The translations under genes and the position numbers were made by a program. A DNA stretch of 64,000 nt from positions 41,788,001-41,852,000 of the forward strand of contig OZ024747.1 of the NCBI GenBank assembly GCA_964016885.1. Reading direction: 5' to 3'. The DNA comes from Eledone cirrhosa (lineage: Eukaryota). Below are positions 25,213-39,487 of the stretch, one piece after another. Numbering within the stretch: position 1 is the stretch's first letter; every line of letters starts with the position of its first letter. The notes under the pieces are model-generated. The model saw only the letters and a list, made by a program, of their open reading frames with translations, was not told the origin of the DNA and made no database searches.

Positions 25213-25287
25213 CTGATTAGGACCAAACCACATATTACCAATAACACGATGTTCCTTAAATTCAATAGCCAGGTTTGGCATCAGGAC
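25213..25287 (-). CDS. RHBDF1: iRhom exon, start of luminal IRHD
   Basis: tag|GTC...CAG|gtaata. VLMPNLAIEFKEHRVIGNMWFGPNQ (NxWxGP motif). Confidence 0.92.
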
Positions 25288-26094
25288 CTAAAGTAATAAC
25301 AGAAGAAAACACAAATAAATGTAGAACCTAGCATTGCACTTTAACAAAAAACAATTTTTTTTAAAATCATACTAAATGCTTCCCGAAATACGCCAAAACT
25401 ACACTTGATGTACCCCTTCCATACACATGCACACATGTGTGTATCATGACTCGTGCACTGTTAATTTTACTGATGTTTGTGCATTGCCCTATGTACTGTA
25501 CATGCACTTTTTGATGAGTTGTGGTGCACCTGGGCACTACACAATATTTCATTATTATTATTATTATATCATGACTCATACACTGTTCATTTTCCTGACA
25601 TTTGTACATTATTCTATGTACTATACATGCACCTTTGATGAGTTGTAGTGCACCTGAGCACTGTACACAATAATTTCATTATTATTATTTAAATATAAAA
25701 AATTCAGTTGGCTTAAAAGGCATTTGGAAAATTTGAAATGTAGTTGCTCCAATGTAAATCATCATCCTCATCATCATCATCATTTTACGTCCATTCTTCC
25801 ATGCTTAGACAAGTTGTCCTGTTGTGGGCAATGGTAGGTCAGGTGACCACGTATTGCTTATACAGAACTGATTTTGGCTTGATATCTATAATAATAGTCT
25901 CTAAAGGTACTTTACCAGATTTTTTCAAATATCATTTATAGTGATCTACAATATAACTAGTCATTTGCATTGGACAACTACATTTAAAATTTTTCCAATA
26001 CCTCTTCAGTTAATTGGATGTTTATACTTTTAGCTACAGGCTTAAAATCTTCTAAAAGACGACAAAGAGACCAATTGTAGTACAAACTACTCAC

Positions 26095-26206
26095 AGCTTC
26101 TGAATAACGAGATTCCGTGAATCCAAAAGGGGCAGGACCATAGACACCAATTGAGACCAGGAAGATAATAATCTGTACAAAGGTGACCCAGTATGTGAAA
26201 AAAGGC
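26095..26206 (-). CDS. RHBDF1: iRhom exon, TM1
   Basis: cag|G CCT...GCT|gtgagt. RPFFTYWVTFVQIIIFLVSIGVYGPAPFGF matches the conserved iRhom RPxFTYW TM1. Confidence 0.95.
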
Positions 26207-27804
26207 CTGGACAAAGAGACAAGTGAGTTGTCATAATATAAGAATACAGCAGAACTAAATAGTTTTTGTGTAATGGTTGAGTGAAAGGAGAAGAAAGGCA
26301 GTTTCTATGAGCCTTTTCAAGGCCTCTAAGATTTGGATAATGAAGAGATGATAATGTTTCACTGAATACCTGGCGAAGATGCTTACCACGGGATGGACTT
26401 AGCTAAGGAAATCTGAAGGCCAAGTGGGACTGTCAAACCAGGTGATAGATTAAGTCTATCATCCAACAATAGAAACGGTCCTACTACTGGGCTTCCACAC
26501 AATTTCTGTCAACCAAATTTTATTCACTAGGCTTTAGTTGACTCGAGGTTATGTTAGAAGACACTTACCCAATATGACATGCAATGCAATTGAACCAGAA
26601 AACATGCAACTGCAAAGTGACTTCTTAATGCCACAGCTATGCCTTTGTCAATTCAATATCATCATGGATTATAACAGTTCTCTGCAGCCCAAAGCTTTAA
26701 TAACGATTTATACATTTGATGACCCATCAAACCCATGTCAGCTGATGATGACAATAACATGTATTCCAAGTAATATTGATTTCTAATTTAGACACAAGAC
26801 CAGCAAATTTTTTGGGAGAAGGGCAAAGTTGATTAAATCAACCCCAGTGTGTGACCCTAGGATGAAAGGCAAAGTTGACCTCAGAAGGATTTGAACACAG
26901 AATGTAATGAACTGTGACAAATGCTTTGTAGCATTTTGTCCATCACTCTACCAATACTGCCAAATCATCGTCCTAAATACTGCAATAATAATTGTTTCTA
27001 CTTTTGGCACAAGGCCAGCAATTACCCAGTGCATTACTGGTACTTTATTTTATCGACCCCGTAAGGATGAAAGGCAAAGTCAACCTCGGCGGGATTTGAA
27101 CTCAGATCGTAAAGGGACGTAACTATGCTGGAAAGCATAATGAAATGTGAGAATATGAGCTATCAAAAGAGGCAGCTTCCATGAGCTTTTTCACTACGTG
27201 GTCAGTTGACATGCTAGAAATAACAGTTAAATTTCATTTAAATTACACTGTGTCAGCTTAAATCTTCTCTTCTTGAGTCATCCCTCCATGGAAGGTGAAA
27301 CATTGCTTTTTCTAATGGCTAGAATATATGCAGATTCCACACCTGCATACTCATAGATTTCTACGCTAACTGGAGCAGTTGTGCCAACCCATTGTCGAAT
27401 TAATAGTTGATCATCTGTGAAGCCACTGCCATTCATGACACTGAGGTCATCTAATTAAACTGATGATTGCCACATGTACTGCTTATGTGAGACAAGCCGG
27501 ATTTTTATCGAGGCTTACTCCTCTAGAACTGACCTGTTCTGCTAGACTATCCCATGATAGCCAGATCAGAGACACCTCATGTAGGATGTAGTTCTTCACC
27601 ATGCAGGTAGCAGCTTGAATAAGCATATATTACGCGTCATCAGTTCACTGAGTGGCATGCTGAACAGACTCTGGAACACAAGCGGACACCACAAAAGACC
27701 ATCCAGTGCCAACCAGTGAAAGCTTAAATGATCATATCTAATACTTCATTGGCTAATGTCATATTAGATATATGATACCTGAAAAACTAAGATGGGATGA
27801 TGAT

Positions 27805-28868
27805 GATCATCATCATCATTTTACGTTCGCTTTTCCCTGCTTGCAAGAGTGGGACGGGTCCTCTTCAGTACAGCATCTCTCCATTCATCAGTCCCTCGTC
27901 ATCTCCTCTGTGAGCTTCAGTGATCTGAGGTCAGCTCTCACCACCTCCGCCCATGTTTTTCGTGGTCTTCCTCTACTGCGTCTTCTTTCCACCGGGATTC
28001 CTTGGCACTTCTTCACCCAGCGGTCATCTTCCATGTGCATTACATGGCTATACCAACTCAGTCTTCTCTCCCGCACACTACAGTCTATCCCTCTTATACA
28101 CAGTTTCACTCTCAACTCTTCTATGCTTGTTCGTTCATGCACATTGACATTGCACATCCATCAGAGCATGCTTGCTTCATTTTTCTCCAGCCATCACATA
28201 TCCTCTGCAATTGCTGCCCATGTCTCAATACGATGTAGAGTTGCACATCTCAGACAGGCATCATATAACCGACCTTTCATTCATAGGGAGGAACCCTTCG
28301 TTGTCAACAGAGGAAGCAGCTACCTAAACTACTTCCATCCTGTCCTTATTCTAGATACTATGGCCTCGGAGCATCCTCCTCCCCTGCTAATCTGATCATC
28401 TAGGTATCGGAAGCTATCAACCACCTCTATAGATCCTACCTGCATTTGAAAAATGTATCTATCACTGACACTTCTACTATCAAATTTCGCTGAACATCTA
28501 TTACATATGAAGTTTTCCCTTCCTGTTAGTTTGCCTGCTATCCCACTACACCTCTTGTGTACCCAAGATCTGCATTGTGTACATTCTATAGAGTTTATGA
28601 CAACTCATTTTCTACATATCGAACATGACCATTTCCATGATAGAATCAGAGTTTTGTCCACTTTCCTACTTATCAACACTTTAGTCTTTGCTAGGTTCAC
28701 TCTCAGTCCTCTTGATTCCAACTGCTGTTTCCATAGCCGGAATTTATTCTCTAGCTCCTCTACTGATTTTCCTACAAGTACTAGATCGTCAGCATAGAGA
28801 AGTTCCCATGGGCAGCCAGTCTTAAACTCCTCTGTTATGGCTTGGAGGACTATAATGAATAAGAGTGG
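27805..28868 (-). mobile_element. RTE family A decayed copy
   Basis: From YADD to GRPRKTW and the (tga)n tail, with stops. Confidence 0.88.
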
Positions 28869-31414
28869 TCATCGTTGGAAAACTTTTGATCATAGGTCTA
28901 TTGCATCAGGGATAATCTGGGGTTCAACAACAATGAGATACACAACTAATGAAAATATAACCCATATGATATCTGAAATAGCATAATTTTATTTCTAGCA
29001 TAGGCACAAGCCCAACAACCTGGAGTGAGGAAAAAGTTGATTATATTAACCCCAGTACTTAACTGGTATTGACCCCAGAAGGATGAAACATAAATTTGAC
29101 CTCGGCAGGATTTGAAACCAGAATACAGAGTGCTGAAACAAATACCGCAATGAACTTCATCTGACATTCTACCAATATATTGCCCTTAAATATAACATAG
29201 TAAGAGGCTAATACACATATAGTAATATGCTTTATAAGTTAATCAGGGGAAAGAGGAGCAGTGCTCATGATCGTTTTAACCCTGTCTCACTGCAATCCTA
29301 CTATAGTGGTAACAGCCTAAACATAATCTCTATCAGATTCCTGTTAAAGCAGTAATAAACAACACACATAGAAAAAGAAGATAAAATACTAAAAATAAAC
29401 AACCCATCATGTTGCAGCTTTGTAGTTACATACGTCCAATATAACTGTTTACTTTTGTTTTTAATGGAAAAACCCCAGATTTTTTTGTTTTTGCAATGAA
29501 ACAAGTGTGTGATGAACCCAGCAATTTGTCGGGTAAATGAGCAAGGTTTTTACAGTTGAGGAAATTTTTAATGATATTTATTCTATAGATGAAGATGAAC
29601 AAGAATTTCTAAGGGTGGGTAGACACATTTACTGTGCCTTGTGTTAATTCTGTCCATTAGTTTGCCTGCAATCATTACTCTTGAGCTGTGTATGCAACTA
29701 TTTCTTTTTTGCCCAGGAACATAGGTGGAGAGTAAAGCTAGACACAGGGTCTGAGGTCTAAGAGGGTAAATGTAGACATAGGGACCCAGGTGGAAGGTTA
29801 AGGAGCCAGGAGGCGAGTAAACTTAGACACAGGTGCCCAAATCTGAGAGAATACAGTTAGACACAGGACCCATGTCTGAGAGGATAAAGTTAGATACAGG
29901 GGATAAGCCATCCCAAACTGGGGAGAATGATGTGGTTGATGTTTTGCTTGAACTTCAGTAAATCAATATCTGCACAAAACATGTGGGTGCATTAAGCCTC
30001 CTACTAAAAAACTTGATCTTTTTCTTTTTTATCCTTAGTTGGCAATTGGGGGAGGCTGTCCTCTCGATCAATATGCTGCAGTGGGTGCCGTTGGATGATG
30101 GACTCCGATGATGATGTTCTTCCATGCTTTTCTATTCATGGCACTGACCTTAGTATGGTCAAAGTCGAGGCACTGCAATTTCAGGTCCTCCTTGATTTGT
30201 TTTGCCCATGTCTTTTTCAGTGTGCTGTGTTGGATTCTTCAGTGCATGGGTCGCTGTGGTAGTCGTCTGGTGCTCATTCTCCAGACGTGGCTGAACCACA
30301 GTAGCCTGCGTTGCTGGATTTGGTTTTCAATGGTTGGCTGCTGCCAACATTGTTCTCAAATGTAGTTATTTGAGACTAAAAAAAATAGATCTAGCAACCA
30401 AATGTTAGGTTTAAGCCATGTTTTTAGAATTGGTACACCTTATGCCTGTGTGGCAATAGGAAGAGCATCCAACTATAAAACATTGTCGGAACACCATCCC
30501 ATCCCATTCAACCAATGCTGGCATAGAAGTGTCAATGAGATATCATAATCCACAGACACATACAATAGTAATAGATTAAAGGGAACTATAAAAATTGTAC
30601 ATTTTATGAATTTTCTTATTTCTATTTCGATGCATAAATTTATAGATTATCATAACATTGTTTCAGTGCGTTCAAAAATTCAATTATGTCTTGATTTCAT
30701 TCAATAGTTAAGGTTGTTTAAAGCATAAAACTTGAACATCATCACAAACTGATAATATCATAGATTGAAGTATAAACAGATCTTAATTATCATCATCATC
30801 GCCATTTTAACGTCCACTTTCCCTGCTAGCAAGGGTTGAACGGGTCTACATAGACCAAGTCAGTAAGTACTGAAGCAGGGCTACTGATCTCCCAGACAGG
30901 CCACAAATCTGTGTTTCGCTTAACTATGGTCTCATGTTCCACTGAGTGCACAGATATTGTCATGTCTTTGACACAACTAAGGGTCCTCCCAACCCTTTGT
31001 TTGTCAAGATTTCTACAACTGGATGCTCTTCTTACCACCAACCACTTTACAGCATATAATGGGTGCGTTTATCGTGTAAATCACCAAACACTAGGAAGGC
31101 TGTCATATTGTTGACACGACTGACAGTCCCCCGGCTCTTTGTCTGACAAGCATTCTATGGCTGGATGCCCTTCCTATTACCAACCACTTTACATGTACTG
31201 GGTGGGATTATTATGTAGATCCCCAAACACTAAGGAGGTTGTCATGTCCTCCCAACACTTTGTTAGGCTGGCTCTTCATGCTCTTCATGGCCCTTCCCAT
31301 CACCAACCACTTCACATGGGAACAGCTCCTAGGAATGGCGTGTATGTGCATGGTAAGGTTGGTGTAGTGATGTTGAGAATGGTTTTTAGTAAGTCCTAGT
31401 GGAAGTGGGAGGCA

Positions 31415-31865
31415 TGACTATAGGTCAGGTCTTCTTCAGCACTGCATAGCGCCATCCCTCACAGTATTTAGTCATTTCTGTTGTGAGATTTAGTTTTTTA
31501 AAGTCAGTCTTTGCAACCTCACCCCATGTCTTCCTGGGTCTGCCTCTTCTGCAAGTCCCAGCCACATTTATTTATGTGGCTGCTATCCTCTATGTGCATC
31601 ACATGTCCATACCAATGCAGTCTTCTTTCTTGCACACACTACATCCAATTCCTCTTATGCCAAGTTTTTTCCTCAGTTTGTTTATGTTATGTTACTCATG
31701 CACACTAACATTACACATCCATTATAGCATACTCGACTCATTTCTTTCTAGCCTCCGTAGGTTTTCCGCAGTTAAAGCCCATGTCTCATTGCCTCGTAGT
31801 ATTGCAGTTCACACACAGGCATCATTCACTCTGAGAGAAAAGCATTTTATTGTTAGCAACAGTAA
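31415..31865 (-). mobile_element. Decayed RTE 3' fragment
   Basis: Similar to the C-terminal region of family A/B copies; followed by degenerate 3'UTR/SINE-like sequence down to about 30790. Confidence 0.65.
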
Positions 31866-32194
31866 TAGATACTTACATATAACAATGGTCACATTAAGGG
31901 TGAAGAATAGTAGGGGAAACTGTTCATCTGTGTCACTAACATGACAACCTCCCTAATGCTGGTGCCACTATAAAATGCAATCAGTTGCGTGGGAACATAT
32001 GTAAACAAGAAGTAGGAACCTGATTCCTCTGAGAGTTCAGTAGCTCCATTTGAGTACTGACCCAGTCTGTGATGACCCCTCCAACTCTTGCTAGCAGGGA
32101 AAACAGACATTAAATGATGATGATGAGGATGATGAACGCATCCTCAAATAAAAATAAAAAAAAAATAAAACTTTTTTTTGTAAAATTTATTTAC

Positions 32195-32419
32195 CTGTAA
32201 TTATCAAATTCATCAATTTGACTCTTGACCTGATTTGCTAACGTAGTTTTCCTTCTTTGATGAAACATGGAACCTAGAAGGCCAACACCATATCTTCTTG
32301 GATGAGGTTTATGTAAAACTGTTGTAACAACATTTTCTCTAATTTTGTTAAGTCCAATAACTCCATCAGTTCTGTCAATGCTTGATGGGGAAATTTGATC
32401 GTCGAATTTGATTTCTGCC
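32195..32419 (-). CDS. RHBDF1: iRhom exon
   Basis: tag|G GCA GAA...TAC AG|gtaaat. Contains RRYGVGLLG...QVKSQIDEFDNYR, typical of the iRhom segment before TM1. Confidence 0.9.
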
Positions 32420-33799
32420 CTACAATAGAAATATGGTAATAGATACACCAACATTATCATACTCTTTTTGCATTAATTTCAACTCTTCTTATTAATATCT
32501 GCATTGTTTCTTTCCAGGGACTATGTTGAAAAGTAAATCTCATTTGGTCATTCCATAAGAGTGTCTTGGTCAGTCTATGAACATTTCAGCCGACCCTCAT
32601 AGAAGCAACAGTACCATAGGCTTCTTGTACAACAGACTTTATTGCTAATCTACAATGGAAATATGGTAATAGATACAATAACAATATCATATTCTTGTAT
32701 TACAAATGTTTAATTCACTGAAGTCCTTTGTAGTGGCTATACATATACAATTTCTTCATGGATAGAATAGAGATAGGTTCAGAGTCCCTGAAGAGGGATG
32801 AAAAGTAAATATACTCTCTTTTTTTTCTGCCCATGAAGATGTGTTTAGCTAAAAGTAAATTTGTACTGCTTACATAGAATGTACACTATCATATATTCGC
32901 ATGTATACACTATCGTATACTTTCCAACAAAGATGCTTCCAAAAGATCCTGGACATCAGATGGCAAGAAAAGATCACAAACGAAGATGTGCTTCGAAGAG
33001 TCAATGTCACATGTCTGAGTCTTGTTATCAAGAGCAGAAGAATGCAGCAGCAGGTCATGTCCTATGAATGAAAGATAATATACCAACAAGAACTGCAATG
33101 GGGAAAAACCAAACGGTAGGCCAAAAGAAGACCTGGAGATCCACCCTAAAAGATTACCTGCACAGGTGTGGCACAAGTTGTTTTCAAGCACCAACCCTTG
33201 CCAGAGACAAAGAAAGATGAAAGAACATAGTGACCAGTTGCCATGAGCCTGGAGGAACCTGATGACCAGGTATTTGTATTAACCAAAAGAATGTTGCATA
33301 ATGCTTCAATAATTAAATGATAGCTAACTCACTGAAATTGATGAAAATACAGCTGTCTAATTAAATTCACTCCCTTCTCAGTCCATCAACCTTAATCTGC
33401 TTCTTTTCAAATTCCAGGTAATGCAGATATTTGCTCATAACTGGAATTATTCCCATGGGTGAAGTTGAACTAAACATACAAACCGACACAACATTTATTA
33501 GTTACACAGTGTTATTACTGAACTATGTCAATGTGTGTTACAGCTAGGGAGATCACACTGTAGCATGCTAAAACTGTTGGCTATTGACACAGTACAGTAG
33601 CACTGAATGGAGTATGATCCCTGCTTCCTATTTATCTATTAATTTATTTAATCAATTTAAACGTCCATATAGAGCTAGTAAGTCATGCCAGACTAGGGGA
33701 AGTATCTACTATGTCTTACAGCTGTGAAAAAAAAACCAAGATATACAGAATTAAGTGAATATAAAAATTAAAATGTTAACAATATGATCCTTACTCCCT

Positions 33800-34442
33800 C
33801 TTCCTTCCCAGCTAGGTAGGTATCACCACTGCTACCTATTCCTTCCCAGCTAGGTAGGTATCACCCCTGCTACCTATTCTTACCAGCTAGGTAGGTATCA
33901 CCTCTGCTACCTATTCTTTCCCAGCTAGGTAGGTATCACCCCTGCTACCTATTCTTACCAGCTAGGTAGGTATCACCCCTGCTACCTATTCTTACCAGCT
34001 AGGTAGGTATCACCCCTGCTACCTATTCTTACCAGCTAGGTAGGTATCACCCCTGCTACCTATTCTTACCAGCTAGGTAGGTATCACCCCTGCTACCTAT
34101 TCCTTCCCAGCTAGGTAGGTATCACCCCTGCTACCTATTCTTTCCCAGCTAGGTAGGTATCACCCCTGCTACCTATTCCTTCCCAGCTAGGTAGGTATCA
34201 CCCCTGCTACCTATTCTTTCCCAGCTAGGTAGGTATCACCCCTGCTACCTATTCCTTCCCAGCTAGGTAGGTATCACCCCTGCTACATATTCTTTCCCAG
34301 CTAGGTAGGTATCACCCCTGCTACCTATTCTTACCAGCTAGGTAGGTATCACCCCTGCTCCACTTCTCCCTATTCTTTCCCAGCTAGGTAGGTATCACCT
34401 CTGCTACCTATTCTTTCCCAGCTAGGTAGGTATCACCCCTGC
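33800..34442. repeat. 37-38-bp tandem repeat, about 17 copies
   Basis: Unit ccagctaggtaggtatcacccctgctacctattc(tt/ct)t; no unique spacers. Confidence 0.95.
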
Positions 34443-34444
34443 CT

Positions 34445-35071
34445 CATGGATAAGACCTTACAGGATATAAGAAGCAGCAATAAACCTATGGGAGGAGTGA
34501 CATTAGTTTTATCAGGAGACTTCAGACAGACATTACCAGTCATTCGGAGAGGAACAAAGCTGATGAAATAAAAGCATGCATTAAGTCTTCACAGCTATGG
34601 AATAAAGTACAGCATTTCTCCCTCAATACTAACATGCGGGCTTTATTACATGGGGACCAAATAATAAAGGGCGGTGGATTGGCAGTATCGGTAGAGGGTT
34701 GGATGCCATGCTTTACAGCATAGAGTTACGGCCCTTTACAGTCTGAGTTCAAATCCTACCGTGGTCAACTTTGCCTTTCATCCTTACAGGGTCGATAAAA
34801 TAAAGCACCAGTAATGTACTGGGTAATTGCTAGCCTTATTCCAAAAGTAGAAACAGTTTATTATATGGGGACCAATGTGCTGAACAATTTTCAACCCGGT
34901 TCCTCCAATTAGGAAATGGGAAAGAACCAATTGATGGGAATGGTGATATCAACTTGGCTCATATTGCTATGGTAGTGGATTCCTCAGCTGAATTGAAGAA
35001 CAGGTTATTTCGAAGCTTAAGTAATTATTATAACTAACAGAAAAACCACCCATCGGGCGGTTTTCTGCTAG
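34445..35071 (+). mobile_element. Helitron fragment with Pif1-helicase remnant, interrupted by a SINE
   Basis: Encodes GGVTLVLSGDFRQTLPVI and, after a frameshift, ACIKSSQLW...LNTNMR. 3' hairpin AAAACCACCC-atc-GGGCGGTTTT followed by CTAG. Confidence 0.8.
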
Positions 35072-35974
35072 CATATGTAGTGTGCATATTGGTATGATAC
35101 GCAAATATACATATGTAAATTGACAATATCTTCTTCACCCACTTATTTCTGAGAGGGTCGTGGGGGCAGAGTGCTTCTCAAACCCTCCTTCCAGCGACTC
35201 TGTCAGTAGCAAACATCTCTAACTGATCAAGCTGGCTGCCAAAGCGTGACCAGCCAAGCTCATTGATGTTATCCAACTATCTTGCTCAGGGTCTACTACT
35301 GGGATTCTTGCCAGTTGGTTTTGCCTGTAAAATGTGTCCAGCGATTCTTTACTGAGACATTCTAACTACATACTCATAATATCGGAGTTGTGATCTCTCA
35401 ATTCGGAGAAGTAGCGGCTCTACCAGGAGTGACTCTCTGGTCTCTGAGTTATGCACTTTATCGAGTAACGTTACTCCAAAGACCCTTCGGAGGAATCCCA
35501 TTTCTACCACTTTTATTTGCAATTGTATTCTTTTGGTCATTACTCAAGATTCCTGATCCTCAGTAAGAGTTGGCAGGAATACCAGGAAGACAGCGGGTTT
35601 GGTTTTTACACCTACCCCCCTTCATCTGATTGCTGAATGCTGAGGCTGGCGCATTACTGCATCAGCTTTTGCAATTCTTGCACTTAATTCAGCCTCCTGC
35701 ATTCCATCACTCGTGAACACGGCTCCAAGATACTTGAACTTCTCTAACTGCTTCAGTAGAACTCCATTCACATGTATATAAATTTGAGGGACTTCTGTCC
35801 ACCCGTTCATCATGTAATGTGTATGTGTGTTTGTGTGACTGTATGTGTGCGTAAAAGGAAGGAAAGGGATACACATATATATATATGTCTAACTTAAAAG
35901 CAGTGACACACACATGTCTATAATTTAAGAACGCCGACAAACTCACACGCGCGCACATACACACACTGTCCTAT

Positions 35975-36172
35975 TACCACTTAAGAGCTTTGGCCCAGGC
36001 AAATAACCCTTCAATTTTGGAACTGTCTGGGTTGTCCTGAATTGACGGTCTTACTCTGTGCTCCTGGTCAAGAGGCAGGTGCTTTACCTGGGACGTCACA
36101 GTTAGTGACTCTTTTGCTTCTTCCCACATCCTGGATGCAGCGGTAAGGGTGAAAGCTACAGCATCTGCAACT
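35975..36172 (+). mobile_element. Short decayed fragment of the CRE-like element at 59205-60190
   Basis: Aligns by eye with about 59460-59665. Confidence 0.75.
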
Positions 36173-37129
36173 GAACTAATGAACAAAATCCTAAATACCG
36201 TGTTCTGTTAGCTAACTACATTATCCAGCCTATGTGGCCTAAGATGTGTGTATTACGTGCTTGTGTATTTTTTCTCTTTCTTTTTTTCCTTTCCCTTTCC
36301 TTTGTATATATTATATTTGTTTGTGTTTTTGTTCTGTAACCATTATAGAGGGTCGGACACCCTGCTTTGAGGCATAGAGTTACGGCCCTTGCCATTCTGA
36401 GTTCAAATCCCGCCAAGGTTAACTTTGCCTTTCATCCTTACGGGGTCGATAAAATAAAGTACCAGTAATGTACTGGGTAATTGCTGGCCTTGTGCCTAAA
36501 GTAGAAACAATTATATTAAATGAGTTAAAAAAAAGAGTTAATAAATAAATAAAACGTTATACTTGTTTTACCCTCCCATTTCCAATTCTTCGAACGCTGC
36601 TAGCAGGACTGTATGACTGTATGTATGTGTTTGTGTAAATGTATATGTGTGAAAGTATGTGTATTTATCTGAATGTATGTCCGTGAGTGTGTATTTTTAT
36701 AAGTTTGTGTTTGCGCGATTACAGTTATATACTCATACATACAGATGTATGTATGTGCACATACACATAGATACACATCAGCGTGTAGAAAATCATAATC
36801 ACTCTATCTCGCTCAACACACATTCTCTCTTTCTCTATATATGGTAGTTGAAGTGGTGGTGGCGATATACCGGAAGTGTAGAAATTTGAAACTTTGAAAA
36901 GAAGTCAATTTTAAATAAGCAATAACATTATTTATATTAATATTTCCATGCTAGCGTGGAAGATGGACGTTAAACAAAGATGATGATGATGATTAAATTT
37001 AATTTAGTACATAAATTATGTAATATTCATTCATTATTTATTCAAAGTAATCCAACTTATTTTACAAAATGGATTAAAATAAATAAACCATACGCAGTCC
37101 CGCGCTCCTTACTTTATTATAGTTTAGAT

Positions 37130-37912
37130 TTACACAAATGGTTGTGAAAGGACAATTCTTGCTCCAAAAAAAACGAGACAGTAGCAAGGATTAACCATGA
37201 GCTAATGAATAAGATTCCAACAGTAATTAAGGAGTACAAATCAGTTGATTCAGTCCTTGATGAAAAATCAAGCTGTCCACCGCCCAAAAGAGTTCCTTAA
37301 TTTTCATCTGAAACTCATCCACAAACTTTTCCTGAAGGTTGGAGTCCCAATAATGCTTCTAAGAAATTTAGATCCTCCTAAATTATGCAATGGGACAAGG
37401 TTGTTTGTGAAGACATTATCTCCTAATGTGATAGAAGCTACCATCATAACTGGGTGTACCTCTGGGGGAAATGTTTTCATTCCAAAAATTCCAATCAAAC
37501 CAACAGACATGCCTTGAGTTCAAACAAACACAATTTTTCCAGGGCAACTTTGCTTTGCAATGTCTATTAATAATACTCAAGGTCAGACTTTGAAATCTAC
37601 TGGCTTGTACTTAATTGAGCCTTTGGTTTTCTCACGGTCAACTTTACATTGGTTGTTCCAGTGTGGGTAGTTTACAAGAATTATTTGTCTATGCTCCAAA
37701 CCAGAAAACAAAGAATGTAATTTCCTTCAACATATGTGATAGAATTTACCTCCCCTCATAAAAGTGATAAATTTTGTATTATCATTTTTTATTAATTTTG
37801 GTTGATGAATAAATGGAATTTAGAATAACAAATTTCTATATGTCATGTTTTTTCTTCTTCTCATTTTTAAGGAACACTTTCATTCCCAGGAAACGTTAGG
37901 TACATCTGCTAG
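37130..37912 (+). mobile_element. Helitron 3' part with Pif1 helicase C-terminal pseudogene
   Basis: LKVGVPIMLLRNLDPPKLCNGTRL, FAMSINNTQGQTL and HGQLY remnants; ends ...ctgCTAG|T. Confidence 0.85.
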
Positions 37913-38360
37913 TCCCTAATAAATATCACTTCATGTCTGACGACAATCACTAGTGCTTGAATCTTTTTGAGAATTTTCTACCAATTTTTAACGTCTGCTT
38001 TGTATATATTGTATGACAGTTATAGTTATCTGTCAAAATATGGAAGCTGGGCGTCTAGAAAGGAACTTCCACTGCCCTCCACCCTTTAAATTATGGAATT
38101 GGAAGCATCAATATAAATTACATGGATTCTTAATTAAAATTTATACAGAAATAAAATCTTTTACATATTCCAGCCAACTAGCTGAGGCCTTGCTGAGACA
38201 CAACCATTAAAACTAACCTCAGCGGGATTTGAAATCAGAATGTAAAGGGTCGTAACTCTATGCTGCAAAGCATGTTGTCTCATGCTCTACCGATATTGCC
38301 AATCCACCATGTTGTGGATACATATAAAAAAATATTTTTTCAAATGGAAATAAGGTTTAA

Positions 38361-39366
38361 CCCTTTAGCATTTAAATTGGCCGTATCCAGCTAGAATTCT
38401 CTCACCTCTTTCTGTTCAAACTGATGTTTAGGTATTGTTCTCAAAATAAATAATATCAAAATCTCATAGATTCGATATTATGTGAGATAATTATGTGAAA
38501 TAAAGTGTTTACTGTGAAAATGCAATAGTAAATATAGAATAACTAGCTGAACTACCCGGGTTACTTCTGTTCTTATTCAGATTAGTAAACAATAAATATG
38601 AAGATATGGTTTTTTTTCTCATAATTATTTCAAAATATCTATATTTTATTTTTAAAATATCAAAATTGTAATGATAATAGAATTTAGAAATGAAAATCTG
38701 TCAATCTTCAAGCACCTTAGGGTAAACAGTATGCATTGTGTGATTTTTTGTTGGTGTCCAAATGAATAAATTGTTGCTTACACACTCATACATATACTAA
38801 GACAGACACACACATCTTTTCACCTTTTTTTGTCAGTGGCCACATATGTACATGTATGTCTAGATGTGTGTGTATTTACTAACGTACCTAATGAACACAC
38901 AAACACACATTCACAGAGACATACATATTTATATACAAAATGTGACGTGTTGTTTTAATCCAAATGAAAATAAAAATGATCACACTCTCACACACACATA
39001 CACATACACTCACACACATACACTCACACACACATACATTCCCACACATACACTTACACACATATACTCTCACACACACACTCTCACATACATATACTAA
39101 GACAGACACACACAAACATACATTCACACACACCTGTCTGTCATCACATATGTATCTGTATGTGTAGGTGTGTGTGAAGATAATGTGCATGCAACTTACT
39201 AAGGCTATATGTAGATGTGTGTTTAATTCTCTGAGGCTTAACGTACATAACGAACTCACAAACACATACACGCTCATATACAAAATGTGACATCATCATC
39301 ATGGTGGTCTACTATAGTTGACTATAAAAATATTTTTACATATATAGAGATGTAAATGCTAAAGAG
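38361..39366. mobile_element. Second copy of the TTAA MITE, carrying a non-autonomous Helitron (38543-39350, minus)
   Basis: Same TIRs and body as 1824-2247. The insert starts TC and ends CTAG, sitting between A and T. Confidence 0.78.
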
Positions 39367-39417
39367 TTAAAAGGAAACAAAAAAAAAAACATCAATGAAA
39401 TATCAGTGTATAGATAC

Positions 39418-39487
39418 TTTTTATGTTCACTTTCTACTGGCACTTCAACGGGTATTTCAATGGGTTTTTCAGGCTCCTCCTCATCAG

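Noticed and set aside
33800-34442. CRISPR-like array of 37-38-bp palindromic repeats
   Set aside because: Units are contiguous with no unique spacers, there are no cas genes, and the context is a eukaryotic intron.
36562-36600. Small candidate exon (QRSKNWKWEGKT)
   Set aside because: Weak splice sites and not needed, since 39418 joins 32419 in phase.
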